Origin: Octopus bimaculoides
Taxonomy: Eukaryota
Length of the DNA: 64,000 bases
Reading direction: 5' to 3'
Assembly: GCF_001194135.2 (NCBI RefSeq)
Contig: NC_068995.1
Coordinates: 14,812,426 to 14,876,425, forward strand
A program made the position numbers and the translations under genes. The notes under the pieces are model-generated. The model saw only the letters and a list, made by a program, of their open reading frames with translations. It was not told where the DNA came from and did no database searches. Below, piece after piece: positions 12,243 to 24,068 of this stretch (the stretch's first letter is position 1; every line of letters begins with the position of its first letter).

Positions 12243-13009
12243 TTAACGTCCGTTGTCCATGCTGGAATGGGTTGGATGGTCTGACTGGTCTGGCACGCTG
12301 GAAGGCTGCACCAGACTCCAGTACGATCTGGTATGATTCAAGAGAGGTGTCCATTATATTTGATTGTAACTTTGTAAACTTTTTGCAAACACATTTGAAA
12401 TGTTGTTAGTGGATCTTAATATACCACTAGTTTATAGTTATGTAATTTTAGCTGGTCTTGCTGAGTAAATTTGACTTTTATGGACAGGTAAATTTGATTA
12501 ACAGGTGTAAAAGCAATAACATTATAGATAAACACCAAAATTGAAATTCTTAATGCATCTTATCTGTTTGATTTCTTACTAAAATTATCCCAGATGGCAA
12601 CCGACAAAAAATTTGCCACTTTTCAAGATGAAGTACAAAAATTTGAATTAATTTAAATACAGGTATAATCGGTACAAGATTTTATTCTTTCAGTAAATAT
12701 TTCGTACCTCGGTGTGGGATAATTTTTTCTACAGTTTTTTCGGGTGCACTCATCGTATCTGACCTCCAAACCCACCGCAAGTCACTTTTTTTCCGGAAAA
12801 GAAAGCTGGGAGGGGCGGTGGGGACCTCAATGTTTCCCACCAAGAGAGTTTTGTTTCGCGAGTTTTTTTTTTCTTTCTTTTCGGGTTATTTTGCAAGCTT
12901 TCGACGAATGTGACTTTGAAATCACGAGTAAACGGCTCCTTTTTCCAGAAAAGGAAAGGTTTGGCCGCTGACAATCTGAAAATAATAGAAAAATTAAAAG
13001 TTAAATCGT

Positions 13010-13073
13010 TAACGAAAATGTTAACTTCGTTAATTAGCGATTAACGGATTAATGAACTTACGCCCAGCTCTGT
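13010..13073 (-). mobile_element. Probable hAT-type transposon terminus
   Basis: Minus strand begins CAGAGCTGGGCGTAAG followed by clustered TTAAC/TAACG subterminal repeats. Confidence 0.4.
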
Positions 13074-13233
13074 ATGTATGTATACATACATACATGTATA
13101 TTGTTTGTTGTACCTTGTTTATCATTTTGTCCATGTTCTTTTGCCACGTCATGTACCCAGTTATGTATCTATATGTACATGTAGATGAAGGTATGTATAT
13201 ACATGTACATATATATACATATACTCATATATT

Positions 13234-13336
<103 letters not shown>

Positions 13337-13529
13337 TATGGTCGGTTTACGGGATTACCCTGGGTTTCACGTCCATAAAGCTCTTAGTTTTACAGCGTTC
13401 CTTCAGACCCTAGGCATATGGCCTTTCTAGAAGCCACTTGCTAGAGAGGCCATAGGCCTAGGGTCTGTAGAAACGTTGTAAACCTATGCGCTTTATGGAC
13501 GTGAAAATCCAGGGTATCTTTATCTATGT

Positions 13530-13894
13530 ACTCTGCTGCTCTCTGGCTTGGAGAGTGCTTCTTTTTCGGATTTATGATTCACTAGAAGTAGTAGCGACTG
13601 CATTTGAAAGAGATCTCTGCCAGCGCTACTGGTTCTTCCTTCCGTCGAGTGCGTTTTTCTTTGATGACGAGTTCCTGTTTTTCTTCCGCTCGCTTCATCC
13701 CCTTTTGCAGTATATGTCTCCAGTATGGGCGATCATTTTGTGACCTCCTTCCATCTTAGGATGTCCAGATCAAGCGACTTCATATCTCTCTTACAGACGT
13801 CCTTGAAACGAAGATAAGCTCGTCCTCGTGCTCTTGTGCCAGAGTCCAATTCTCCATACAGGTCTTTTGGGATCCTTCCGTCCGGCATGTGATG
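13530..13894 (-). mobile_element. RTE-clade LINE 3' fragment (part distal to the pogo insertion)
   Basis: Minus strand reads HHMPDGRIPKDLYGELDSGTRARGRAYLRFKDVCKRDMK, a typical RTE/BovB C-terminus. Confidence 0.85.
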
Positions 13895-16350
13895 TAGAGG
13901 AAACAGGGGCAAGATGGATCACTGGGGTAAAACGGACCAGCCCCATTTTAGACATCTAAATAGGACTTAACCGTCGTGAATGCTTTCTAATTCAAAGTTA
14001 CTTACCTTCGATCTCACATCCCGAAAAGTTTCGTTTTGGCGGCTGTTTTCATGACACAGGAAGAAAAATACTGAAATTCAAGTCTTCAATGTAAGTAATG
14101 CTTTCAAATATATCATATTAATGAAATAAATACCAACACCTTAGGTAAGTATGGCCTATCATGTTTTAAAGCATTTCAAATGTCAATGTTTAAGGGGCAA
14201 CAACCTTGAATTTTTCCCCTAGGTTTGGATGCAGAGCAGACATTTTTTGTTGTAACCTGAATGGGGCAAAACGGACCAAAGGGTGTTGGGGCAAAACTCT
14301 CCACTGTCCCGTTTTGCCCCATATGTGTGTATGTTATTTGTGTGTGTGCGTGTATGCATGCACATGCGTGTGCATGTGTGTGTATGTGAGTGTGTTTGCC
14401 CCGTCTTCCCCTACATGACCGAGCCAGCACAGACGATGCTGCTGGAGCAGGGTGTGTATGTTGTGTATCTTGGCGCGGTTGAGGACTTCGGTGTTGGTGA
14501 TGTCGTCGGTCCACTTGATGTCTAAGATGCGTTTTAAATTACGAAGGCGGAAGACGTTGAGACGTAGCTCCTGTCTGGAATAGAGGCCATATGTCTCACT
14601 GCCGCAAAGTAGTATACAGTTTTAAGCCTGCACAGACGCGCGCACGTGCACACAAACACACACACACACATACACACGGAGGCAATCGTGGAAAGCACAA
14701 ATACCACTGTGCACTTGTGATGGAGTGTTTGCGTGCTTGTTTGTTGCAACGTTGCTTGAGCCAAAAAGAAATGCCCGGTGATGCTCATTGCACACTGCCT
14801 GCATTAATCTTCAAGAGGAAACGCATAGCCGACCCACTGCTTCATGGAGCACCAGATGGTTCAGTTGCTTATGGAAGTGAAAATGGATGGATTGATCGGG
14901 AAACATTTTTTAAGTGGCTACGCCATTTCATTCAGCATACAAATCCATCAGTTGAAAGAAAAGTGCTCTTCCTTTTGGACAATCACATCAGCCACATTAA
15001 ATTGGATGCAATTGAGCTTGTTCGCAAGCATGGCGTAGTCATGGTATCAATTCCACCTCATACCAGCCACAAGCTTCAGCCCTTAGACAGGACCTTTTTT
15101 GTGCCCCTCAAACCCTTTTATCACCAGGAAGTTGACAAGTGGATCATCAATCACCAAAGTCAGCGGGTAGATGACTTCAAAGTTACTGCCTTTTTGGGGG
15201 CAGGCCTTCATACGAGCTGCAACAGTTCAGAATGCCTGCAGTGGATTTCGTTGCACCGGGATCTGGCCATACAATCTGGATGTGTTTGGTGATGTCGATT
15301 TCATTTCGACAGAAGTCACTGAAATTGCTGATTCTAAGGAAAGTCCAGCACCATTACAGGAACAGCCACAAGTAGATCCTGCACCCATCCAGTCTTATGA
15401 TCCATCTGTCAAAGGTGCAGATGGATGCAAAAGTCAAGAAGACACAGAGGTAGGCCTACACAATTCACAACAAAGAATCTCTGTCGTTTCCTTGTCGTCT
15501 GTTCCACGAACTCAGGCTACAGCAAGAAAACGAAGAGCTTAGACTTCAGAGTGCCTCAGCAGTTCACCCTTTAAAGACTCTCTCTCAGCGAAAGCCATGA
15601 AAAAACTAACAACTAAACCAACAGCAAGGAGAAATGCTTGCAAACTCAAGACCCCTGGAAGTGTGATGAAGACACCAGCCTGCACATCAAAAAAAAACAA
15701 AAAAAAAAAAAACAGACAAGGAGTTCCATTGCATTTTCTGTGACGAACTTTATCAAGAACCCCTAACAGGAAATTGGATTGAACGCCAGCTGTGCAGGGA
15801 ATGGGCACATGAAAAGTGTAATGGGATTGAAATTGATGACGTTACATTCATTTGTGAACTTCGTGTCCCCTAATCAGTTACCTTGCTGACCAGTCACACT
15901 GAGCAGTATTTCTGTGTCTTTAGGGGAAAAAAACATGAACCTTCAGGGATGAGATCGATCTGCAAACTGAGAGCAGGAAACAATATTTCTCATGATCATA
16001 GTTTATGTTCATTTATGCCATTTTTAGTTGTTTTATAAATAAAAGATATATTCCAGTATAATACACACGAGTATGTAATTGAACATGGCAAAATATATTA
16101 AACATTCTTATGGGGCAAAGCGGTACAACCTGGACCCTTTTGCTCCAGTGCTGGGGCATAATGGACCATGTCTGATAAAAATTTCTTTTGCACATATCTA
16201 TCCAAGATTTTTTTCCAATTAATCATACTACACAGAAACATGAGAATGGCTATTCTCTATGCACATAGCAATTTACATTAAGACGTGTGCATGTTAGACG
16301 GAAATCTCGAATTTTTTCTGTAGGCGGTCCATGTTGCCCCGTCTTCCCCT
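13895..16350 (+). mobile_element. Pogo/Fot1-like (DDE_1) DNA transposon with C-terminal PHD-like finger, rearranged
   Basis: TA + TIR (AGAGGAAACAGGGGCAAGATGGATC vs GGTCCATGTTGCCCCGTCTTCCC) + TA. ORF pieces 14776-15860 contain GSENGWIDRETFFKWLRHF, LLDNHISH, IPPHTSHKLQPLDRTFF and CIFCDE...QLCREWAHEKC...FICE. Confidence 0.85.
14396..14775. repeat. Diverged direct duplicate of 16334-16703 (pogo right end + RTE fragment + flank)
   Basis: TTGCCCCGTCTTCCCTACATGACCGAG...AAGCCTGCACAGA...GCACAAATACCACTGTGCAC...GTTGCAACGTTGCTTGAG occurs at both places. Confidence 0.9.
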
Positions 16351-16572
16351 ACATGACCGAGGCAGCGCAGACGATGCTACTGGAGCAGGGTGTGTATGCT
16401 GAGTATCCTGGCGCGGTTGAGGACTTCGGTGTTGCTGATGTCGTCCGTCCACTTGATATCCAAGAATGCGTCTCAAATTACGCAGGTGGAGGACGTTGAG
16501 ACGCCGCTCTTGTCTGGAATAGATGCTCCATGTCTCACTGCCGCAAAGTAGCATACAGTTTTAAGCCTGCAC
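16351..16572 (-). mobile_element. RTE-clade LINE fragment (part proximal to the pogo insertion)
   Basis: LLCGSETWSIYSRQERRLNVLHLRNLRRIL...LGHV, which joins across the TA to HHMPDGRIPK at 13894. Confidence 0.85.
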
Positions 16573-16993
16573 AGATACACACACACACGCACACACAAAC
16601 ACACAAACACACATGCAAACAATCGCTGCAAGCACAAATACCACTGTGCACATGTGATGCATGCTTGTTTGTTGCAACGTTGCTTGAGTCACAAAAAAAA
16701 TGCAGGAAAAATTTCAGTGCCCTTAGAAATTCGTGCCAAAATAGAAACCACTGTTAAAACAAGAGAATGTGTGATATATATATGCATAACGAATGGGTGT
16801 GTAGGCTGGCAGTCGATAAGTGAATCATCAGACCAAAAATGAGGTGTCGTGCAGGAGGTTAACAATTGTGTTTTTACAGTCATTCACATAAAAGATGTCC
16901 CCGTGAATTTTGCATGGTGAAAACAGCATTCAGCATGACATGGTTTTGAAACAGAGATTGTGCATTATATTTTACTGCAAAAGATTACGTAAG

Positions 16994-17029
<36 letters not shown>

Positions 17030-17043
17030 GGTTAGTTCTTTGT

Positions 17044-17547
17044 TGCAGGGTGGGGAAGCAAAACTTGAAAAATAATAGCTAATTCACCAAATTTATTTAT
17101 ATTACAATCAGCTACCTGAAATAAATATAATTTTAACACAAAATTATAGGGGTATAAAGAGATAATTTATTCAATATGTCTGCTTTCATTGTCCACCACA
17201 GCCTTCACACGCCGCCTGAAGGCGTCACAACTCTTCATGATGAAGTACTCAGACATATTGTCTCACTCTTCCCTCAGGATTTGCTTGAAATGATCAAAAC
17301 TTGGATGTACAGTTCTGTTGGTAGAGTGCTCCAATTTGCCCGATAAGGCATAGTTCAGGAAATTTAAGTCTGCGCTGGAAGAAAGCTAGAAGTTGACAGG
17401 CCGAAAATCGGCGAAGTTGTCTCGCAGAATTTCTACAGTTTCTTCGCCGTGTGAACAGGAGAATCATCTTAGGTCCACACATAATTACCGTTGGGGTAGT
17501 TAGACTTCAGCCAAGGCAAAACCTTCTACTTCAGGATGTTTTATTTA

Positions 17548-17593
<46 letters not shown>

Positions 17594-17830
17594 TACATAC
17601 AGCCCCCACCTTTCCCCAGACTTAAAAAAAGTGGAGAGACATCTTTTTTTCCGTCAGATGCCACGACTCTCAGTATCATGACTTGAGCTGGGGGCTTGGT
17701 TCTAAAGACGCCCTTTACTTCAGAAGCTGACGTAGCAATGTATCGATCATTGCGATGTTTTAAAACAGCATCAATGGTAAAGATATTTTCATCTGAAAAG
17801 ATTTTTGGCTTTCATTGTATCAGTCGAGTA
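17044..17830 (-). mobile_element. Tc1/maT-like transposase remnant
   Basis: Minus-strand FSDENIFTIDAV...VKGVFR...VASDGKK, LPWLKSNYPNGNYVWT(Q)DDSPVHTAKK and KSCDAFRRRVKAVVDNESRHIE*, with frameshifts. Confidence 0.8.
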
Positions 17831-18574
17831 ATATATATTTATTTAACCCATACTAGCATGGAAAAACAGATGCAAAAATGAACTTATTTTATTGTCTCTG
17901 AATGAATGGAAGCCATCCAGTGAAATGTGAAGTTCCCATTTTCTTTCTAATAATGTAAAATATTCATTTACTGTACTTTGAGATCATGCTCCCATTTAAA
18001 ACAAACATCTTGATTGCATTTCACACCAGTTCAATTATCAATTAATTAGATAATTAGTTAATATATAAATTGCTTAATTAGTTTGATGAAGCTCATTCAT
18101 CACAGCCTGTGACCTTCTCAATGACAACATGTCTCGTGCACTTTCTCTGTGCTAGTACACACTTGTTTCTCTTTCCTGTTTGCTCTGCAGCAGATTAGAT
18201 TCCAACCTAAAGCAAAGAACAAGGAGTGGCTGCCAACACAGAGAAGATGTAAATGAGTCACATGATTATTTTTGTTAGCTCACTATAATGTGAGCTAACA
18301 GAATTGATAGAACATTGTCTAGAAATGTTTGAGCATTTGTTATATTTCTTGGCTCTTTACATTATGAGTTCAAGTTTCATCAAGGTCATCCTTTCAGGGT
18401 TGATTAAATAAGATGCAAGTTCAGTACAAGGGGTCAATATAATTGACAAACATCTACCACTAAAATTGCTGGCCTTGAGTCAAAACTTGAAACAATTACT
18501 ATTGATAAAGTCACAGGCTATGACAAAAGAACTCTAGCAAATTAATTGATATATTAACATTTGAACCAAATTCG

Positions 18575-19142
18575 ATGACTGGCACCCGTGCCAGTGGAGC
18601 GCTAGCAGCACCATCCAAGCAGGATCATTGCCAGAGCAGTTGTCTGGCTTCCATGCTGGTGGCACGGAAAAAGCACCATTTGAGCATGATCGTTACCAGT
18701 GTTGCATTATTGGCACTTGTGCCGGTGGCATGTGAACAAAACATTTGAGCGAGGTCATTGCCAGTGCTGCTGGACTGACTCCTGTGCAGGTGGCACGTAA
18801 AAAACACCATTTGAGCATGGCCGTTGCCAGTACTGCCTGACTGGCCCTCGTGCCGGTGGCAAGTAAAAGCACCCACTACACTCTCGGAGTGGTTGGCATT
18901 AGGAAGGGCATCCAGCTGTAGAANNNNNNNNNNCAGTACTGCCTGACTGGCCCTCGTGCCGGTGGCAAGTAAAAGCACCCACTACACTCTCGGAGTGGTT
19001 GGCATTAGGAAGGGCATCCAGCTGTAGAAACTCTGCCAGATCAGATTGGAACCTGGTGCAGCCATCTGGTTCGCCAGTCCTCAGTCAAATCGTCCAACCC
19101 ATGCTAGCATGGAAAGCGGATGTTAAACGATGATGATGATGA
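18575..19142 (+). mobile_element. (GAT)n-tailed SINE-like retroposon, family 5
   Basis: Same body and tail as 46130, with a small gap-associated duplication inside. Confidence 0.8.
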
Positions 19143-20091
19143 TTAACAAATTATCAAATTAATTGATAATTAAACTGAAGTGAAATAAAACCAGTGTGTC
19201 ATCATGACCCTCCTAAAGTATAAAAAAATATGTTTCAACAAATGATTTCACACCAAAAATCTTGCAAAATAAACACAGAAAAAAAAAAAAATGAAATACT
19301 CATTTGTTTTTGCTCTATTTATTAATTCATGTCTATATCAAATCATGACATTATCTCTTGAATCATTCAACAACAAAGGGTTTAGGAATCTGTAATCGTT
19401 GTTTATGAGTCAAAAAAAAAACATTTTGAAAGACTGTAAATATTGATAACATATTTTGCAGGAAATTTCCAAAAGGTGTTATGACCAGAGGTAGATATTA
19501 CTGGAAATGGTAAATTTACCAAAGCATGCATCATAAAGGGAACTGAATTTTTCTGTCCTCTGCAGAGAAATATTACAATAGTTTGCAACAGCTAGTCTTA
19601 TGATAAAAACTGGTGAGATAATGGGAATAAAAGAAAAATATAGACTGGAGGTGGTCAGTGTCATTACACAAGCACATATCTTGCATTTGTTTTCATAGTG
19701 AAATACATTCTTTTATTCTTTTACATGTTTCAACTCTAAGGCTGTGGCCATGCTGGATGTATAAATTAATTTAAAACTCAACTAACTAAAAGTGATTTTA
19801 TTTATAATATAGGGTTGTCAAATAAATTCAGTTCTTTTTTCTTTCACCATATATTTTAAATTTTCCCAATATTTGAATTAACACGAAAAATATTTTAATC
19901 ATAGTGTTTTTCTTTTGTTTTCTTTTTGTAGCTTTATTCCTCCTCTATGACTTTTGTTTATTGTTTTTGAGATTTGAATACAATTTACCTCTTTTGAGAC
20001 ACATGACGATGGAATGCCAACTAGAAAGAAAAAAGAATGAATGAATTTATCTCACAACCCAGTAATTATGCTGTTGCAGTATTATGCTATG

Positions 20092-20300
20092 TGGAGGTGC
20101 ATGGCTTAGTGGTTAGGGTGTTGAACTCATGATTGTAAAATTGTGGTTTCGATTCCTGAACCAGGCAATGCATTGTGTTCTTGAGCAAAACACTTCATTT
20201 CACATCACTCCAGTCCATTCAGCTGGCCAAAACGAGTAATCCTGTGATGGACTGGCATCCTGTCCAGGTAGGAATACATACGCCAAACAAACCAGCTCTA
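20092..20300 (+). mobile_element. tRNA-derived SINE, family 2
   Basis: GTGGCTTAGTGGTTAGGGTGTTGAACTCATGATTG...GGTTTCGATTCC head. Copies at 4582, 5025 and 60264. Confidence 0.75.
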
Positions 20301-21279
20301 TGCTCCTTACTGACTTCTATCATCATATAATCTGGTCACAAATTGTTTCCAAATTTAATAATTCACCTTCAGAATCAAGGGTTAATTTTTTTGTTACCAT
20401 ATATCTGTAGAAATACACTGTCTTTATTGCAAATAATTGTCAAAATAATGAAGAAATAACTTAGTCGTTGTTAAGTTTGTGTGAACTGACAGAATTTATA
20501 AACACACCAAGCAAAATACTTAACAACATTTCTTATCTTTCAGCTCGGAGTTCAAATTCTGCTAAGGTTGAGTTTCTCTTTCATCCTTTCTGGGTTGATA
20601 AAATAAAATATCAGTTAAATACTGGGGTCAATATGATTTGACTTACCCCTTCCCTCAGAATTACTGACCTTGAGTCAAAATTAAAAATTAAAAAATTATT
20701 AAGCTGGTGCTTGAAACAAATTTACGTGAAATTTTGATGAAAGGTTAAAATTTAGATCACTTTAAAAGGGGAGGTTTATATCACAGAACTGGGGTCAGTT
20801 TCATGCAGGTTCAAACCAAAAGGGTTAAATTAGGTTGAAGTATGAGACTTTTCTTCAAAGCAGAATTAACAATAAGTAAGGGGGACAAAAAGATTATGTC
20901 ATATTGAAGCCTTTCTCCAGAGGAGTGAGGGTGGAATACATGAAGAAAAGTGACTTCAGCCAAGAGTCAAAACTTTCCTTAGTAGATTAGTCTACATTAT
21001 TCCATAAGGGGTACAGGTTCAGTTTTTGATGCCTTCAGATACTGTCCCCAAGGAATCATAGTATTATTATTATTATATACTGCATGGAAAGGAGAGTATC
21101 CCTTCACAGACACACCCTCTTATACATACATGCAGTATTTCACCTCTTATCTCCCCTAATTCTTCCCCATAGAAGTGCATTTCAACCTGGCCCCTAAATT
21201 TTCTTTTGCTTCTTCCCTTATTTCCACCACCTTTCTCCTATGGCAGCAGTCTGGATACTTATTGATCAGACCACATATA

Positions 21280-21436
21280 GGCACAGGCATGACTGTGTGG
21301 TGAGAAGCTTGCTTCCCAACCACATGGTTCTGAGTTCAGTCCCACTGTGTGGTACCTTGGGCAAGTGTCTTCTGTTATAGCTTCGGGCTGATCAATTGTG
21401 AGTGGATTTGGTAACTGGAAACTGAAAGAAGCCTGT

Positions 21437-21476
<40 letters not shown>

Positions 21477-21750
21477 CATGTGTGTGTGTGTGTGTGTGTG
21501 TGCGTGCGTGTGTGCGTGCACACACGTCTTTGTGTCTATGTTAGTCCACAATGACCGCTCAACAACCAGTGTTGATGTATTTATGTCCCCGTGACTTAGC
21601 AGTTTTGACAAAAGAGCTCAATGGAATAAGTACCAGGCTTATTAAAAAAATAAGTACTGGGGTCGATTCATTCAACTGAAAAGACTCTTCAAGGTGGTGC
21701 CCCAGCATGGCCGCAGTCTAATGACTGAAACAAATAAAAAACACAAGATA
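21280..21750 (+). mobile_element. tRNA-derived SINE, family 1 (older copy)
   Basis: Same head, body and tail as 28648. Confidence 0.8.
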
Positions 21751-21930
21751 AACATATATCCAAAATAGAGCTTTTGATCCAAATTTCCTGCACAATGTAT
21801 TTAATATACTATTTACCTATTGGCCTACACTTAATAAGGTTCGTCATTTAACTCAAACATAAAGAATGGACTCAGTAATAACATGTGAATATGAAAGTGT
21901 TTGAATATTGACCCTTTATTGACCTATTCA

Positions 21931-22150
21931 CCCTTTAGCCTTCAGATTACTCTGTCAAATGTAATGCCTATTTAATCACATTCTTCTGAATTAATCATGC
22001 ATTATCTTGTAGCTTTGAGATTTTGATGAGGTGATTGTTTATATCTAGAATGATATTATAGGGTATGTGTGAGAGGTTGGATCTGGCCAGTTTCAACATA
22101 AAACAAGTAGAACATTTGGGCCAAATATGGCCAGTTTAAATGCTAAAGGG
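21931..22150. mobile_element. piggyBac-type MITE (220 bp)
   Basis: TTCA-CCCTTTAGC ... GCTAAAGGG-TTAA. Related copies at about 24215-24570, 36142-36338 (minus) and 47860-48040. Confidence 0.75.
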
Positions 22151-22648
22151 TTAATTTTCTTTTATAAACTTCTTTAATGCTGGTTAGTGATTATCTCCTA
22201 TCCTCTTTAGCATTGATTAGATGAGGGACATATTTCTTTTCAGATATGATTCCAGTTTATCACAGTTAATTTTAAAATGAATGCAGCTTCCAAGTCAACA
22301 AAGGAGCCTATAGTGGTCATTCAACCTGCTAGAAATAGTTACCAAATAGCCCTCAAATTACATGATAGCATCTTACATATATAAAAAAAACAGTGTGATG
22401 GGGAGCATATTGAATAATGTGGTTCATTGTTCATTTTACCTAAGAAACAGTCTTGGTGGTCATGGCTAGATTAATTTTCATCAGAGGTAAACAACAATGA
22501 TAACAAATAACAACAACAGAAGGTGCTGCTTTTGGCAGTGATCTAACAATAACATCTCCATAGTAACTACTGCAACAGAGGTGAACTGGATACAATATCA
22601 TTGACCACAGAGGAAGTCCTGACCTTCTAACTGTATTCTCAACACACT

Positions 22649-22688
<40 letters not shown>

Positions 22689-22851
22689 GGCACAGGCTTT
22701 ACTCTGTGGTTAAGAAGTTTGTTTCGCAACCATATGGGCTTTGGGTTCAGTCTCCCTGTGTGCCACCTCGAGAAAATGGCTTCTGACATAGTGTCAGGTC
22801 AACCAAGGCTTTGTGAATGAATTTAATAGACAGAAACTGTAAAAAGCCTAT

Positions 22852-22886
<35 letters not shown>

Positions 22887-23179
22887 GTGTGTATGTGTGC
22901 ATGTGTGTGTGTGTGCTTGTGTGCATGTGTGTGTGTGTGTGTGTGCATGCACACATTTGTGTATGTGTGTGTGCGTGCATGTCTACATCTGTGTGTAAGT
23001 GTATGTGTGTGTATGTGTGTAAGTGTCTGTGTGTGTGTATGTGTGAAATATATTTCTTTAAAAAACCCTTAACTGAAAAAACAGGTGAGAGCCAGCAACA
23101 GGAAAAGCCTTCCAGGTGTTAAATGTTGCCTTGAAATCAATTCCTGTTCAATCCATGCTAGCATGGAAAAATGGACCTT

Positions 23180-23218
<39 letters not shown>

Positions 23219-23733
23219 TGCACATATGCACACATGCATATACATACATGCACACAACAAGAAATTGGAAGATATAATATAAAAATGTAACTGATATGTA
23301 TATAAAATTATGTTACATTTAAAGAGAAAATGGAAACAATTTCAGTTATCCTTTTTGCTGTTCAAAAGGTATTTGGCCNNNNNNNNNNNNNNNNNNNNNN
23401 NNNNNNNNNNNNNNNNNNNNNNNNNNNNNNNNNNNNNNNNNNNNNNNNNNNNNNNNNNNNNNNNNNNNNNNNNNNNNNNNNNNNNNNNNNNNNNNNNNNN
23501 NNNNNNNNNNNNNNNNNNNNNNNNNNNNNNNNNNNNNNNNNNNNNNNNNNNNNNNNNNNNNNNNNNNNNNNNNNNNNNNNNNNNNNNNNNNNNNNNNNNN
23601 NNNNNNNNNNNNNNNNNNNNNNNNNNNNNNNNNNNNNNNNNNNNNNNNNNNNNNNNNNNNNNNNNNNNNNNNNNNNNNNNNNNNNNNNNNNNNNNNNNNN
23701 NNNNNNNNNNNNNNNNNGAAAATGGAAACAATT

Positions 23734-24068
23734 TCAGTTATCCTTTTTGCTGTTCAAAAGGTATTTGGCCTCTTCTTTCGTTGCTGTAGATGCCTTGGAA
23801 TCGATGTTATTTATCACAACACCATTCCATATGCAGAAGGCTATGAAAACAACAAGAAATACCATCAATAGAGTCACGAAAAAAGGAATAAATGTCCCTC
23901 CTACACTGAAGCAATTCATTAAGAACAAGAAGACAGTACTGAATATTGCCAATAAAATCCAAATTATTCTGTCTGAAAACAATTTGGATGCATTTTTGTC
24001 CATTTCGTTGATCATTGTCTGAAGATGGTCTGAAAGAAGTGCAGCATCTCTGGCTGGACATGCTTGAG
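23734..24068 (-). CDS. SMPD2: SMPD2-B last exon (two TM helices, stop)
   Basis: Phase-1 acceptor, A-QACPARDAALLSDHLQTMINEMDK...IIWILLAIFSTVFLFLMNC...FFVTLLMVFLVVFIAFCIWNGVV...SKKDN*. Matches the C-terminal membrane anchor of SMPD2. Confidence 0.85.

Noticed and set aside
18828-19029. ~96-bp exact tandem duplication around a 10-N gap
   Set aside because: Scaffolding overlap artefact.
23326-23770. 53-bp exact duplicate of the SMPD2-B stop-codon region on both sides of a gap
   Set aside because: Identical sequence flanking an N run is the signature of unmerged contig overlap, not a third gene copy.
24026-24034. SDH tripeptide in the last exon as the catalytic SDH motif
   Set aside because: Position is wrong: by homology the catalytic His follows GKIP in exon 7, which lies in the gap.
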